A stretch of 64,000 nt of DNA from Candidatus Daviesbacteria bacterium (GCA_016186955.1 JACPKP010000003.1:130290-194289); one strand, 5' to 3'; shown: positions 40,796-51,383, numbered from the stretch's first letter. Notes: generated by a model not told the origin, from the letters alone. Numbers and translations: made by a program.

Positions 40796-42040
40796 CTAAT
40801 GAGTTACCCTAAATGGGATTTTTCTTAAGATAATAAAGCTTAAGATTACAAACAGTCCCATACTAAACATCCCTATTCTGTATCTACTGGATCCAATGCT
40901 TGTTAAAAAAGTCACAATAATTCTCCAAACCAAAGGCCCTAAAAAAGTGGAGAAGCGCTCCATTAGGGCATAATAACTAAAAGAACTACTTAATTTTTCC
41001 TCTGGAGAAAGGTAGGACAATATAGACCTTAAAATAGGATAAGTTGCCCCACCCAAAAAACCTACTAAGATTGCAAAAGCCCAAAAAATTGTAAAGTCAG
41101 GAGCTAAACTAAAAAATGGAATAACTAAAATCCAAATACCCATTAAAACAACTAAAGTTTTTTTCAAGCCTTTTTTATCTGCTAAATAACCAATTATTAT
41201 AGAACCAATTACTGAGGCTAAAAGTGCTGTGATAGAAAAAATTGCCTTAAGTTTATCATTAACCTGATAAACTTGTTGCAGATAAATAGGGTAATTGTTT
41301 TGCAGTGTTAAAACTGCATCAGTAAAGAAAAAGTAACCCAGTAAAAACCTACCCATGCCAGGAATCTTAATGAGAGTTTTAAAATTATCAAAATACTTTT
41401 GATATTCTTGCTTTATGCTAATTTTAGCCTGAGTCGAGTGGACTTTTTCTTTAAAAAGAAAAAGCATGGGCAAAGAAAAAAGAAAAAACAAAATAATTGA
41501 AGGCAAAAAAGTTTGGGGTCTGCCAGGGTTGCCAAACAGGTAAATTGCCCCAGTTGCAAAAGGCAATGTTACTAAAAGCCCCACTATCTGGCCTAACCAA
41601 CCTGCCCCACCGCCTAGCCCTGAGACAAAACCTCTTTTTTCTAATTTGGCCAATTGAGGAAACAAAGCATAATAAAAAACCAGGGAGAATTGATAAAGAT
41701 AGTTTGTCAAAAGAAAGAAAAAAGCAGCCAGAGTAATAATGGTTGTACTGGTCTTAAAAAATAAAGTTAAAAAGGCAGTTATTAAAATTGTCATAATCAT
41801 TGAGACTGTTAATATCTTTAAAAAAGGGAGTTTAATACCTTTTTGATCAGAGATAGCGCCTAAAACCGGGCTGGTTAATATTAAAAGCACTGAAGCTATT
41901 ACAAAAATTAAGTTGTAATAAAAGTCAGAAACATGGTTTTCTATAACCAGCCACTGGGAAAAGTAAAGCGCAAAAACAATCACTGGAAATGAATTGGCAA
42001 AATCATAAAGGGCCCAGTAGAAAATATCCTTTTTTTGCAT
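40796..42040 (-). CDS. MFS transporter (UMF1/ATG22-like)
   Basis: WALYDFANS, PVLGAISD, about 12 TM segments. Confidence 0.85.
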   Translation of the reverse strand: MQKKDIFYWALYDFANSFPVIVFALYFSQWLVIENHVSDFYYNLIFVIASVLLILTSPVLGAISDQKGIKLPFLKILTVSMIMTILITAFLTLFFKTSTTIITLAAFFFLLTNYLYQFSLVFYYALFPQLAKLEKRGFVSGLGGGAGWLGQIVGLLVTLPFATGAIYLFGNPGRPQTFLPSIILFFLFSLPMLFLFKEKVHSTQAKISIKQEYQKYFDNFKTLIKIPGMGRFLLGYFFFTDAVLTLQNNYPIYLQQVYQVNDKLKAIFSITALLASVIGSIIIGYLADKKGLKKTLVVLMGIWILVIPFFSLAPDFTIFWAFAILVGFLGGATYPILRSILSYLSPEEKLSSSFSYYALMERFSTFLGPLVWRIIVTFLTSIGSSRYRIGMFSMGLFVILSFIILRKIPFRVTH

Positions 42041-42141
42041 ATGTTCAAATTATATCTTAGCCAAAAAAGTAAGCAAGCTTTTAAACAAAGATAAATAAAT
42101 TTAAATAATAATTGACAATTTGAGGCTAATACTGTATAAAG

Positions 42142-42932
42142 ATGTTGCTAGAAAAAAGCAACATTATGGATAATTTAGAAATCTTGGGCGTTTCTTCTAA
42201 AGAACGAGCTATTTTAGAGGCTATCTTTAAAGTAGAATTAATTAATGCTACCGATCTGGCCAAATCTACTAATACAAAAAGAGGCTCAATTTACCTTTAT
42301 TTAGAAAACTTAAAACAACAGAGGTTAATCATTGAAGTTGAGAAAGCGGACAAAAGTTATACCGCTGCGTCAGTGCAAGGCAGCTTGGTAAGGTTATCCA
42401 GTCAAAGATAGGCCAACTCAAAATCCTTAAAAAATCCCTATTACAAAAGATTAAAGCTAGTAAATTATCAAAAAACAACCAGTTAGGCCAAATCTCAATT
42501 TATAAAGGCAAATTGGGTTTGAATATGATTATGGAAGATATCGCCCAAAATCAAGGGGATACCTATTTACTGGGCTCAGCTAAAGTCTTTTATAAATTTA
42601 TGAAAGATGAACCATGGGGACAAAGATATAACAAAAAAAGAAGGTTAAAAAATTTAGGCCAAGATTATATGATTACAGATTGGGCAGAAAAAACTATTAA
42701 ATCTTTTTATGAGGAAAGCGGTATTTTTTTAAAAAGAAGATTTTTACCTCCAGACTTTAAATTAAATGGAGGTTTTGCAATTTATGGAGATAAAATTGCT
42801 ATCGGAGTCTTCACGGATGAGGTTAATGTTTTAGTAATAAAAGAACCAACCCTAACTCAACTTTTTACCTATTTATTTCAATTACTCTGGAAAGATTTAG
42901 AAGGTAAAAATATTCCAGCCCCTATTCAGTAA
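42142..42932 (+). pseudogene. TrmB-family regulator split by a 1-nt frameshift
   Basis: HTH half ends at 42411. The -1 frame from about 42345 is open (GQKLYRCVSARQL...IYKGKLGLNMIMEDI) into the 42513-42932 ORF (IYGDKIA). Confidence 0.75.
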
Positions 42933-43155
42933 TCCAGCCTCCCAGGCTTGGGAGTCATTTAGACTCCCGTCCGCACTTCGTGCAGGACGGCCTTGCGAAG
43001 CTAAATTTAACTGTCTAACTAAACTCATTTAACTCGAGTTTGCAACTCTTGTTAAACGATTTTGAACCCAAAATACTTTTTGATTAGACTCAAATTGGAA
43101 TATTTTGAGTATAGAATGCTATGAAATTGATACCATCTGTATTTTCTTCAACAGT

Positions 43156-43186
43156 ATAACTTGTTACACCTCGGAGGTGTGATATA
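43156..43186 (+). repeat. Left 31-bp REP-containing direct repeat of RAYT
   Basis: ATAACTTGTTACACCTCGGAGGTGTGATATA. Confidence 0.85.
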
Positions 43187-43194
43187 ATCGCCCA

Positions 43195-43842
43195 ATGCCT
43201 TATCGCCAAACACCATTTATAAATCAAAACTTTTACCATATATTTAACCGCGGTGTTGAAAAACGGATTATTTTCTTAACGCAAGATGATTATGACCGGT
43301 TTTTTCAAACAATTTACTACTATCAATTCAGCGGCCCTAAACCTAGATTTTCTACACACAGGCGTTTTCGTTTTAAGGATTTTCATAAAAATCCCAAAAT
43401 AGTTGAAATTATTGTGTTTTGTTTTATGCCAAATCATTTTCACCTACTTATCAGGCAGATAAGAGATGGTGGGATTGTGGAATTTATGTCGAAAGTCTTA
43501 AACGGTTATACAAAATATTTCAATACCAAACATAGACGAGTTGGAGCTTTATTCCAAGGCCAATTCAAGGCTGTTATGATAGAAACGGATGAGCAGCTTT
43601 TACATGTTTCAAGATATATTCATTTAAATCCTTATGTTGCCGAACTAACAAAAGATTTGGCAGATTTTTCTAATTCTTCTTACAAAGAGTATGTTACATT
43701 AGGGGGTCAGGGAATATGTGTTAAAGAGCATATTTTAAATTTTTTTAAAAACTCTATGCATTACCAAAAATTTATTAATGATTATGAAGATTATGCCTTA
43801 AGGCTAAAAAGAATTGAGCATTTACTTATTGATATAGAATAA
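43195..43842 (+). mobile_element. REP-associated tyrosine transposase (Y1/HUH, RAYT)
   Basis: YHIFNRG, MPNHFHLL, G.LFQG.F, YIHLNP, SSY. Confidence 0.9.
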
Positions 43843-43869
43843 CTTGTTACACCTCCGAGGTGTGATATA
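43839..43869 (+). repeat. Right 31-bp REP-containing direct repeat of RAYT
   Basis: ATAACTTGTTACACCTCCGAGGTGTGATATA, one mismatch to the left copy. Confidence 0.85.
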
Positions 43870-43886
43870 GGTGTTATAATCCATTT

Positions 43887-44291
43887 GTGACAAAACATCT
43901 GGCGGTATTTTCAAAAGAAGCAGTGCAGAGGATTTTTGAGGGGAAAAAAACAGTAGAATCTCGTTTTTCCCAGCATAAAATAGCGCCTTTCGGATCGGTA
44001 GGGAAAGGTGACTTGGTTTATATCAAGCCTGCCGGAGGTGAGATCGCCGGGCAGTTTTTGGTCAAAAAGGTGATTTCGTTTGAAAATTTGGATGGGAGTG
44101 ATTGGCAGATAATCAGATTTCACTTTGGGAAAAAACTTTCTTTGGGTAATAAAGGGCTGGATGATAAATTTTTTAAAATCCACAAAGATGCAAAATATGG
44201 TACACTGATTTTTATTGACAGGGTTGAACAGTTCATTACCTCGCCAATTAAAATCTCCAAAAAAGACCAGCGGGGTTGGATGGTGCTTTAA
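43887..44291 (+). CDS. ASCH/PUA-like domain protein
   Basis: IFEGKKTVESR, GDLVY. Confidence 0.78.
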   Translation: MTKHLAVFSKEAVQRIFEGKKTVESRFSQHKIAPFGSVGKGDLVYIKPAGGEIAGQFLVKKVISFENLDGSDWQIIRFHFGKKLSLGNKGLDDKFFKIHKDAKYGTLIFIDRVEQFITSPIKISKKDQRGWMVL

Positions 44292-44313
44292 GAAATATGA
44301 GATAATAGGATTC

Positions 44314-45036
44314 ATGGATCATCAGGGGTACACATTAAAAGATATTGTTGGCATCCTATTTTTAATCATTATTTTTGCCCTGATTCCCTTAGGGGTTTAT
44401 TTAATATCCAAACAGACAGTTTTTTTTAGTAAAGCGGATGTCAATATCACACCTGCTAAGGTAAAGGTGACTAATATCTCTGAAAATTCCCTCACAATCA
44501 CCTGGCTGACAGAGGGGAAACCTGCATCAGGTTTTGTAAGTTTTGGCAATACCCCTGAATTGGGTAACAGTTTATTTGATGATAGGGATAGGGATGCACG
44601 GGTGTCCAGGTTTACCCATCATGTAACTTTGAAAAATTTGGATCCGCAAACAAAATATTATTTTAAAATTGGCTCTTCCGGGGCGCTGTTTGACAATAAT
44701 GGCTTGCCTTTTGAAGCTGCAACTGCACCTTTGAGCAATACAGCGTTGCCTCTTTTGAAATCCATTGGCGGGAAAGCCGCAAAACAAGATGGGTCAATCT
44801 TGGATGAAGGGATAGTTTATCTGACGACCGATGACGGTTATGCCATGTCTGCTGTTGTAAGAGGCGATAACTGGTCAATAGTTTTGAGCAAGGCCAGGAC
44901 TGTTGATCTGTTGGGATATAAAGAACTTGAGGAAGTAAGTGATATTAAATTAATGCTGCAAACAGGCCAAAGCGGTAGCGCTATTAAAACAGTTAATTTA
45001 AACAGTGACCCCAAAGAATTTAACCTGTCACTTTAG
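44314..45036 (+). CDS. Membrane-anchored fibronectin type III domain protein
   Basis: TM, VTNIS..S.TITW.T, HHVTL.NL.P.TKYYFKI. Confidence 0.82.
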   Translation: MDHQGYTLKDIVGILFLIIIFALIPLGVYLISKQTVFFSKADVNITPAKVKVTNISENSLTITWLTEGKPASGFVSFGNTPELGNSLFDDRDRDARVSRFTHHVTLKNLDPQTKYYFKIGSSGALFDNNGLPFEAATAPLSNTALPLLKSIGGKAAKQDGSILDEGIVYLTTDDGYAMSAVVRGDNWSIVLSKARTVDLLGYKELEEVSDIKLMLQTGQSGSAIKTVNLNSDPKEFNLSL

Positions 45037-46330
45037 GGTATAATACTTCTTCCGCCTGGACTGTGTGTCCTAAGAATCTTAAAAGATGATGATAAATGCC
45101 GTTGGTTTTGATAATCTCTGCATATACTTTGCTTGAGGGGCGGAGAGTTCTTTTTTGGGTTTGATAGTCAATTTCCACCAGTCCGAACCTTGGTTCAAAG
45201 CCATTCGCCCATTCGAAATTATCTATTAGCGACCAGTGGAAATAACCTTTAACCTCAACCCCTGCTTCAATGGCATGGTAAATTTCCTTAAGGTAAGCGA
45301 TTAAAAACCTGCACCGGCGGTCATCATTGGTGGTGGCAATGCCATTTTCAGTAATATAAATAGGCAGTTTATAATCTGCAAAATCCATCAGGACATCAAA
45401 AATGCCTTCGGGATATATCTCCCAGCCCATGTCGGATACATCTTTTTTAGAAATAGAGATATCAGCAACAGGTGGAAATACAGTGTGCTTCTTATCATAG
45501 CTAAAATTCTGGTTAAAATAATAGTTGAGTCCTAAAAAATCATGGTATTTATTGCCGGTTAACTTATAAAACAGATGGTTGCCGAATGAATCTGTTGCCC
45601 AAACAGTCAGCGCTTCAATGATGGAATGTTTATGGTAAAAACCAAGCGAGGCCACGTTACAGGCAGCGCCGACCCTGCTTGTCGGGGTCAGTTTATGGAT
45701 CCAGTTGTAAGCTTTTTTATGGGCTTTTGCCATATTCCACAAAACCTTAAGAGCCAACCATTTGCTTTTTTTCTGTGGAGGCCATACACCTAAAAAGTAA
45801 CAGTTATAAGCATATACATTTGGCTCATTGATAGTGATCCATAAATCAACATACTCCTGCAATTCGGGGACGATTTTTTTAACAAACCGCTCAAAATAAA
45901 ATACAACTTTTCCATTTTTCCATCCACCCTTATCAGCCAGCCACTTAGGGTTTGTAAAATGGTGGAGGGTTAGCATAACTGTAAATCCCTTATCTTTTAG
46001 TGCTTTTAAAACCTGAACGTAGTGGTCAATAGCCGGTTGGTCAAATTCACCTTCTTTGGGTTCAATCCTGGCCCACTCAATGCTGAGCCGGTGGGCGTTA
46101 TGGTTTAAGTTTTTTGCCAGTTCAAAATCCTCTGCGTAGCGGTTGTATTGGTCACATGCCAACCCTGAACGCTTTTCCGGGGGCTGGTTTTTTTGTTCGA
46201 AATCCCACCAGTCGCTATTGACATTGTTTCCCTCTACCTGATGGGCGCTGGTGGCTGCGCCCCAAAGGAAACCTTCAGGGAAAAACAGTGTTGTATGGTC
46301 ATGTTTTACTTTTTGGGGATTACCTGGCAT
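45020..46330 (-). CDS. Glycoside hydrolase family 1 (beta-glucosidase)
   Basis: FLWGAATSAHQVEG, TINEP, ITENG, DNFEW. Confidence 0.95.
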   Translation of the reverse strand: MPGNPQKVKHDHTTLFFPEGFLWGAATSAHQVEGNNVNSDWWDFEQKNQPPEKRSGLACDQYNRYAEDFELAKNLNHNAHRLSIEWARIEPKEGEFDQPAIDHYVQVLKALKDKGFTVMLTLHHFTNPKWLADKGGWKNGKVVFYFERFVKKIVPELQEYVDLWITINEPNVYAYNCYFLGVWPPQKKSKWLALKVLWNMAKAHKKAYNWIHKLTPTSRVGAACNVASLGFYHKHSIIEALTVWATDSFGNHLFYKLTGNKYHDFLGLNYYFNQNFSYDKKHTVFPPVADISISKKDVSDMGWEIYPEGIFDVLMDFADYKLPIYITENGIATTNDDRRCRFLIAYLKEIYHAIEAGVEVKGYFHWSLIDNFEWANGFEPRFGLVEIDYQTQKRTLRPSSKVYAEIIKTNGIYHHLLRFLGHTVQAEEVLYPKVTG

Positions 46331-46336
46331 AAAGTT

Positions 46337-46921
46337 TTAGGGGCTTAAGATTGCATAACCGTTGTCATTTACACTCGTCGGATCACCGAATATTTTTGTG
46401 CCGTCGCAGTAAGTATAAGTTTTTTGGATGTTTGCATCTTTGTCATTGGCATTCTCAAGTGTTGTCACTAAAACATAATAATTTCCTGCTGGAGTTGTGG
46501 GGCAGGAACCGCCGGTTAAACCGCTTTTAAATCCATATGCGTAACCTTTGTTTGGTCCTGTTGTTGGATTACCACCATTACTGCTAGGGTCTATTGGTAT
46601 CTGGTTAATATAAGTTGTGTCCAGGGCTTTTTGAGTATTTGTAGCAAAACCTTGACAAGGGGAGATATTATAGTTTATGTCATTAATCCAGTTGCTAGTG
46701 GCAGATGAACTTAAATTCCATACGTTTGCACAGGGGTATCTGCCGTTTGCCTGTTTGTAAAGTTCCAAAGCTACTGCAAGCGCCCTTAAATCATTTTTTC
46801 TTCGTGCATCCCTTGAGACAATTTGTGAGGGGCCATAAACAGTAAAACCGATGGCAGCACTAACACTCATTATCAGGACAGCTATCAAAAGCTCAACTAA
46901 AGTAAAGCCTTTTGTTTTCAT
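46337..46921 (-). CDS. Type IV pilin/pseudopilin-like protein
   Basis: KG|FTLVELL, SRDARRKNDL, ALELY, IPIDP. Confidence 0.9.
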   Translation of the reverse strand: MKTKGFTLVELLIAVLIMSVSAAIGFTVYGPSQIVSRDARRKNDLRALAVALELYKQANGRYPCANVWNLSSSATSNWINDINYNISPCQGFATNTQKALDTTYINQIPIDPSSNGGNPTTGPNKGYAYGFKSGLTGGSCPTTPAGNYYVLVTTLENANDKDANIQKTYTYCDGTKIFGDPTSVNDNGYAILSP

Positions 46922-46982
46922 GGCAGTAATATAAAGATACAATGTTTGGGGTTCCTCAAGCAACACCCGATTTTAAATCTAA

Positions 46983-47018
46983 CCTCCCAGGCACAAAAGG
47001 CGTCCCCTTGCGAGGCTA
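46983..47018. repeat. Short repeat at permease 3' end
   Basis: TCCCAGGCACAAAAGGCGTCCCCTTGCGAGGCTA; near-identical at 49737-49770, related at 42938-43002. Confidence 0.75.
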
Positions 47019-47795
47019 GCTGCTGGTGCTTTGATATTGTTTTAGGGAATAACTCCAGAATTTTAATGATAAAAAGAGTAATGCCAGCCCGATGATAATT
47101 GAGACGGCAATAAATTGCCCTGACAGTAACCCCATTAAAGCTTTGGGCGGGAAGGTCATCATAATCCCCAAAGGTATGGCAAATGTCAGCAAGGACCTGA
47201 TTGGTTCTATATAAATATCTACAGGGATCCTTGCCATACTTGATAAGTCCCGATAAACCATAATCAGGTGGTCAATTGAGGTGGTGAGTATCCCTATGCC
47301 CAAAACAAAGATATGGAAAGCTGCGGCAATCAAAAGCCCATTTAAAACCATCAAAGCATAAAAAAGCCACTGGGATATTGACGGATGAAAACTTACAGCA
47401 GCAAACCAGATGCTGAAGAAGGTAATTAAAATTAACATAAAAAGATCCAGAATGTCAGCCCCACCCAAAAGCACCCTGATTAAAGGGTTGAGCGGTCTGG
47501 CCAGGACAAAATCAAAATTTCCGGAAACAATCAGTTCCCTGAACCGGTAAACCTCTCTAAATAAAAGTTGTGCGGCAGAATCTGCCAGGTTGAAGGAGAG
47601 ATAAAAAAAGATGATCTGTTCCCTTGAATATCCAGCCAGCCCTTTTGACCCTTGGACTAGAAAGTTTAAAAAAATTAAAAAAAGAGTGATCCTTAAAAAC
47701 TTGCCTAATAAAAAAATTACCACAGACATTTTATTGTAAAGGGTCTGCTCGAAAGAATTAATTGTATATTTAATCCAGATTTTAAACTCTCTCAT
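47016..47795 (-). CDS. ABC-2 family (DUF990-like) permease
   Basis: G.FD..L.RP.NP, P.DIY, LTF.IP, Y.S.SS end. Confidence 0.88.
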   Translation of the reverse strand: MREFKIWIKYTINSFEQTLYNKMSVVIFLLGKFLRITLFLIFLNFLVQGSKGLAGYSREQIIFFYLSFNLADSAAQLLFREVYRFRELIVSGNFDFVLARPLNPLIRVLLGGADILDLFMLILITFFSIWFAAVSFHPSISQWLFYALMVLNGLLIAAAFHIFVLGIGILTTSIDHLIMVYRDLSSMARIPVDIYIEPIRSLLTFAIPLGIMMTFPPKALMGLLSGQFIAVSIIIGLALLFLSLKFWSYSLKQYQSTSS

Positions 47796-48595
47796 TATTT
47801 TCCTTCTGCTGAATAACTTTTAAGCCCTTTTTTCCAAAGTAATTTCGCCAGGAAAAACATCAGCAAAGTCCAAACCAAAGATTGGAAAAGTATTCTTATC
47901 AAAGTTATTCCTGTTATTTTTCCCAAAATTATTGCAATTGGAAAATAGATAAGGTAAGGGAAAGGTGTCAGCTGTAAAACAATTTTTAAAAAACCGGGTA
48001 AGATGTCCAAAGGAAAAATACCTCCTGCAAAAGTTTCAATTAATATTGCTATAAAAAACCTGGCGCCCCAGATATCTTCCGGCCTCCAAAAAGCAAAAGA
48101 GGCAGCAGTTATACTGATTAAAAAATAAATGACCATTGCCAAAACAGAGGCTAAAAAAAATGCCAAAAGGTTAACCAAATCTTCCGGAAGTTTAATGTCA
48201 GGCCGCAACATTAGCGCCAGGACGCTGATTTCAAAAACAGCAAAAGCTAAATTCAAAACCTTGCTTGATAAGTCCCGCGTAAACCAGTATTTCAGATAAT
48301 TTACAGGTTTAACTAAGTAGTTACTTAAATCCCCCCTGGCGATCTCCCCGCCGATATTTTCAGCTGAAGGTGCGGATAATACAAAGGTATTGATTACCAG
48401 CACCAGAAATACATAAGTCAGCATATCTTGTTGGGAGTATCCAAACACTGACCTATTTGAATAAAAGACTCCCTGCCAGAGGAAAAATGTCATCAAAAAC
48501 CTTAAGATATTCCGAGACCTCCAGAGGATGAAATTTAACCTGTAGGTAAACTCGTTTTGCAGGGAAAGAGAAAAGATAGTGAAATACTTAAGCAT
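47795..48595 (-). CDS. ABC-2 family (DUF990-like) permease
   Basis: YR.NF, GDLS.YL.KP, GG.FPL, PF.Y.IYFP. Confidence 0.88.
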   Translation of the reverse strand: MLKYFTIFSLSLQNEFTYRLNFILWRSRNILRFLMTFFLWQGVFYSNRSVFGYSQQDMLTYVFLVLVINTFVLSAPSAENIGGEIARGDLSNYLVKPVNYLKYWFTRDLSSKVLNLAFAVFEISVLALMLRPDIKLPEDLVNLLAFFLASVLAMVIYFLISITAASFAFWRPEDIWGARFFIAILIETFAGGIFPLDILPGFLKIVLQLTPFPYLIYFPIAIILGKITGITLIRILFQSLVWTLLMFFLAKLLWKKGLKSYSAEGK

Positions 48596-48683
48596 ATCTC
48601 AAATCTAAAATTTTAAATCGCAAATCTACATCTAAAATCTATGAATTCTTTAAGATTTAAGTTGTAATTTTGACATTTGAGAT

Positions 48684-49676
48684 TTATGATTTAACATTCT
48701 CTGCTGTAAATACCTCCCGGATGATGTCTTCAATCTGTGCTTCCTCGATATTTAAATCATCAACCGGGAAATCCTTTAAAAGCTTTGCTGCTGCTTCTGA
48801 GACTTTGGACCTTTTGACGGAGATTACCGCGCGGGGAAATTCATAACTTTCCAGTTTTCCGATCTCCCTGAATTTTTCCGCATCAACCTCTCTTTCTAAA
48901 ATAACAGTTAGTAATTTATGGTCGGCAAATTTTTTAATAATCGCCTCAAGTTTTCCGTCAAATAAGATCTTTCCGTGGTCAATAATGATCACCCTTTCAC
49001 AAAGCTCTTTAACATCATCCATATAATGACTGGTTAAAATGATTGTTGCATTAAAGCGCTTGTTGTATTCCCTGATAAAGTCCCGCATCTTTTTCTGCAT
49101 CACCACATCAAGCCCGATGGTCGGTTCATCCAAAAATAAAATTTTAGGGGAATGGATTAAAGCTGCGATTAGCTCCATTTTCATCCGCTGACCTAAAGAC
49201 AACTTCCTTACCTGGATCTTTAAAATATCTTCAACTTCTAAAAGCTCTACCAGTTCGTCCAAAGTTTTTTTATATTGGTCATCAGGAACTTCATAAATCT
49301 CCTTATTTAAAATAAAAGACTCCATTGCCGGCAGGTCCCACCAGAGTTGGTTTTTTTGGCCCATGACCAGCGAAAATTGTTTTTGGAAAGCGGTTTTTCT
49401 TTCCCAAGGGGTAAAGTCTAAAACCTGGACTTTTCCTGAAGTTGGGTAGAGCAGGCCGGATAACACCTTAAGGGTGGTGGTTTTTCCGGCGCCGTTTGGT
49501 CCGATAAACCCCACCAGCTCACCTTCACCGATCTCAAAAGAGACCCCATCAACAGCCTTGACATCATAATATTTCCGGGAAAAAAGGGATTTTACAGAGC
49601 CTATTAGCCCTGGTTCTTTTTGATGGACTTTATAGTATTTTTTTAAATCACCAACTTTTATGATGGGTTCTTCCAT
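48684..49676 (-). CDS. ABC exporter ATP-binding protein
   Basis: GPNGAGKT, LSLGQ, LFLDEPTIGLD, TSH. Confidence 0.95.
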   Translation of the reverse strand: MEEPIIKVGDLKKYYKVHQKEPGLIGSVKSLFSRKYYDVKAVDGVSFEIGEGELVGFIGPNGAGKTTTLKVLSGLLYPTSGKVQVLDFTPWERKTAFQKQFSLVMGQKNQLWWDLPAMESFILNKEIYEVPDDQYKKTLDELVELLEVEDILKIQVRKLSLGQRMKMELIAALIHSPKILFLDEPTIGLDVVMQKKMRDFIREYNKRFNATIILTSHYMDDVKELCERVIIIDHGKILFDGKLEAIIKKFADHKLLTVILEREVDAEKFREIGKLESYEFPRAVISVKRSKVSEAAAKLLKDFPVDDLNIEEAQIEDIIREVFTAENVKS

Positions 49677-49767
49677 GGATATATTGTAACAAAGAAAGTG
49701 TGGGTTTGTTACTTAGAGAAAAGTTGCCAATTTCAATCCCAGGCACAAAAGGCGTCCCCTTTCGAGG

Positions 49768-50556
49768 CTAGCTACTGGCGGAGGTATAGTGTTTGAGGGA
49801 GAAATTCCAGAACCAGGATGAAAACCATACCGCCAAAGATGCAAAAAATACCCCAAAAAATAAAAAATACCAGGGTGACATGCCAAAAAATAACCTGACC
49901 GGGACAGTTATTATAAAGCCTAATGGAATAATAAAAGTTAAAACAAAAGAGGTGGTTTTCCCAAACAGGTCTAAGGGGATAGCCAATGGTTCCCTCAGAA
50001 TATAGAAAACGTCAGTTATTCCTGAGAACCTCCCTATCCATATTGATAAGGTAGACAAACTAAAATATATTCCGTAGAGGATTAACAGCCCTGCCAGTAG
50101 ACCTAGGATTAAAAATGACCAATTTATAATTGATACCATAATGTCCATTTTTTGCAATGAGTAATAAACCAAAACAAGTCCGGTTAGAACGCTAAAGAGC
50201 TCAAAAATCCGTGTCAGGCGGAAAGTGATATAAAATTGAGAATTGATAGGTTTTGTCAAAAATATATCCAGTGTTCCCCGCTGGACATAATTGGGGATCC
50301 AGTTAATACTTCTGAAAAATAATACATAAAATAGGGAACTGACACATCTGTAAATTCCGGTCAATAAAAAAACCTGGTATTTTGTCCAACCGAAAATTTC
50401 TTTCGAGAAAGAAAAATAGACATTTACAAAAATAACCATAATGATAAGTGAGATCGTGCTGTTTGTAATTATTCCGAATACATTCCACCGCTTTTCTAGG
50501 TAGTTTTTGGCAGAGATATTAAGTAATGCTAAAAAGACCTTAAAATAATGTTTCAT
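49768..50556 (-). CDS. ABC-2 family permease (second pair)
   Basis: GTLD..LTKP.N, LTFIIP, YTSASS end. Confidence 0.85.
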   Translation of the reverse strand: MKHYFKVFLALLNISAKNYLEKRWNVFGIITNSTISLIIMVIFVNVYFSFSKEIFGWTKYQVFLLTGIYRCVSSLFYVLFFRSINWIPNYVQRGTLDIFLTKPINSQFYITFRLTRIFELFSVLTGLVLVYYSLQKMDIMVSIINWSFLILGLLAGLLILYGIYFSLSTLSIWIGRFSGITDVFYILREPLAIPLDLFGKTTSFVLTFIIPLGFIITVPVRLFFGMSPWYFLFFGVFFASLAVWFSSWFWNFSLKHYTSASS

Positions 50557-51344
50557 CCTCCGAACCCCTGGTATAGTTTAATTCCTTTGGAATAGGTTAG
50601 TTTGTACCCCAGAAAAAAAAATGTCAACCAAAAAAATTGGATACCAAACCCCAAAACAACATTTTCTGCACTTAATTTGCCCAATAAAACCTCAATCGGG
50701 AAAGAAATAATGTAACGGAACGGCAAAAAAACCGCCAAGTTAAATAGAGTTGCCGGGAGGAATGCAACCGGAATAAGTTTGCCTGAAAACAATTGGTTAG
50801 AAAGGCTGATGTAATTTTTAAAAAAATCAATCTCGTGGAACCAGAATGCAGACAGTCCTAAAATAAAATCCAATAAAAAAGCAATAAGTATGGACATAAG
50901 CAGGCTGGTAAAAAACAACAGCCAGTTTAGAATATTTAAAGGGAAGGCTATTTTGCCTTGCGATGCCAAAACAACTCCTATAATAACAAAAATAATCACA
51001 AAGATTTTAAAGATTTTTTCAGACATATTTTGGATGAAATATTCCGTCAAAACAGAGACTGGTTTTATAAGATAAACTGAAAAATCCCCGTTATTGATTT
51101 TTTCAGAGATAAACCATGCACCCCAAGCCCCTACTAAAATTTCCACCGTCATAGCTAAAATAAAATAAGTTACAAGCTCAGGATAACTATATGCCAGTTT
51201 TGCACCTGACCCTAAAACAGCCAGCCAGATAGTGAGTCCTATAAGTGGTAATATTGCCCCTGATAAAGTCCAGATAATGACATCAGTACGGTATTCCAGC
51301 ATTTCCTGAAAATTTAGTTTAAAATACACCCAATATTTTTTCAT
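50553..51344 (-). CDS. ABC-2 family permease (second pair)
   Basis: EYR, GDFS.YL.KP, SG.LIP, LPFRY..SFP. Confidence 0.85.
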   Translation of the reverse strand: MKKYWVYFKLNFQEMLEYRTDVIIWTLSGAILPLIGLTIWLAVLGSGAKLAYSYPELVTYFILAMTVEILVGAWGAWFISEKINNGDFSVYLIKPVSVLTEYFIQNMSEKIFKIFVIIFVIIGVVLASQGKIAFPLNILNWLLFFTSLLMSILIAFLLDFILGLSAFWFHEIDFFKNYISLSNQLFSGKLIPVAFLPATLFNLAVFLPFRYIISFPIEVLLGKLSAENVVLGFGIQFFWLTFFFLGYKLTYSKGIKLYQGFGG

Positions 51345-51383
51345 CTTTTGTAAATTTTAGCACAAGATGAAAGATGGGGGTGG

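Noticed and set aside
40638-40796. N-terminal extensions of secE (and of the WecB-family gene at 29987-30073) in the ORF track
   Set aside because: They run through promoter and REP sequence from weak TTG starts; downstream ATGs fit family lengths
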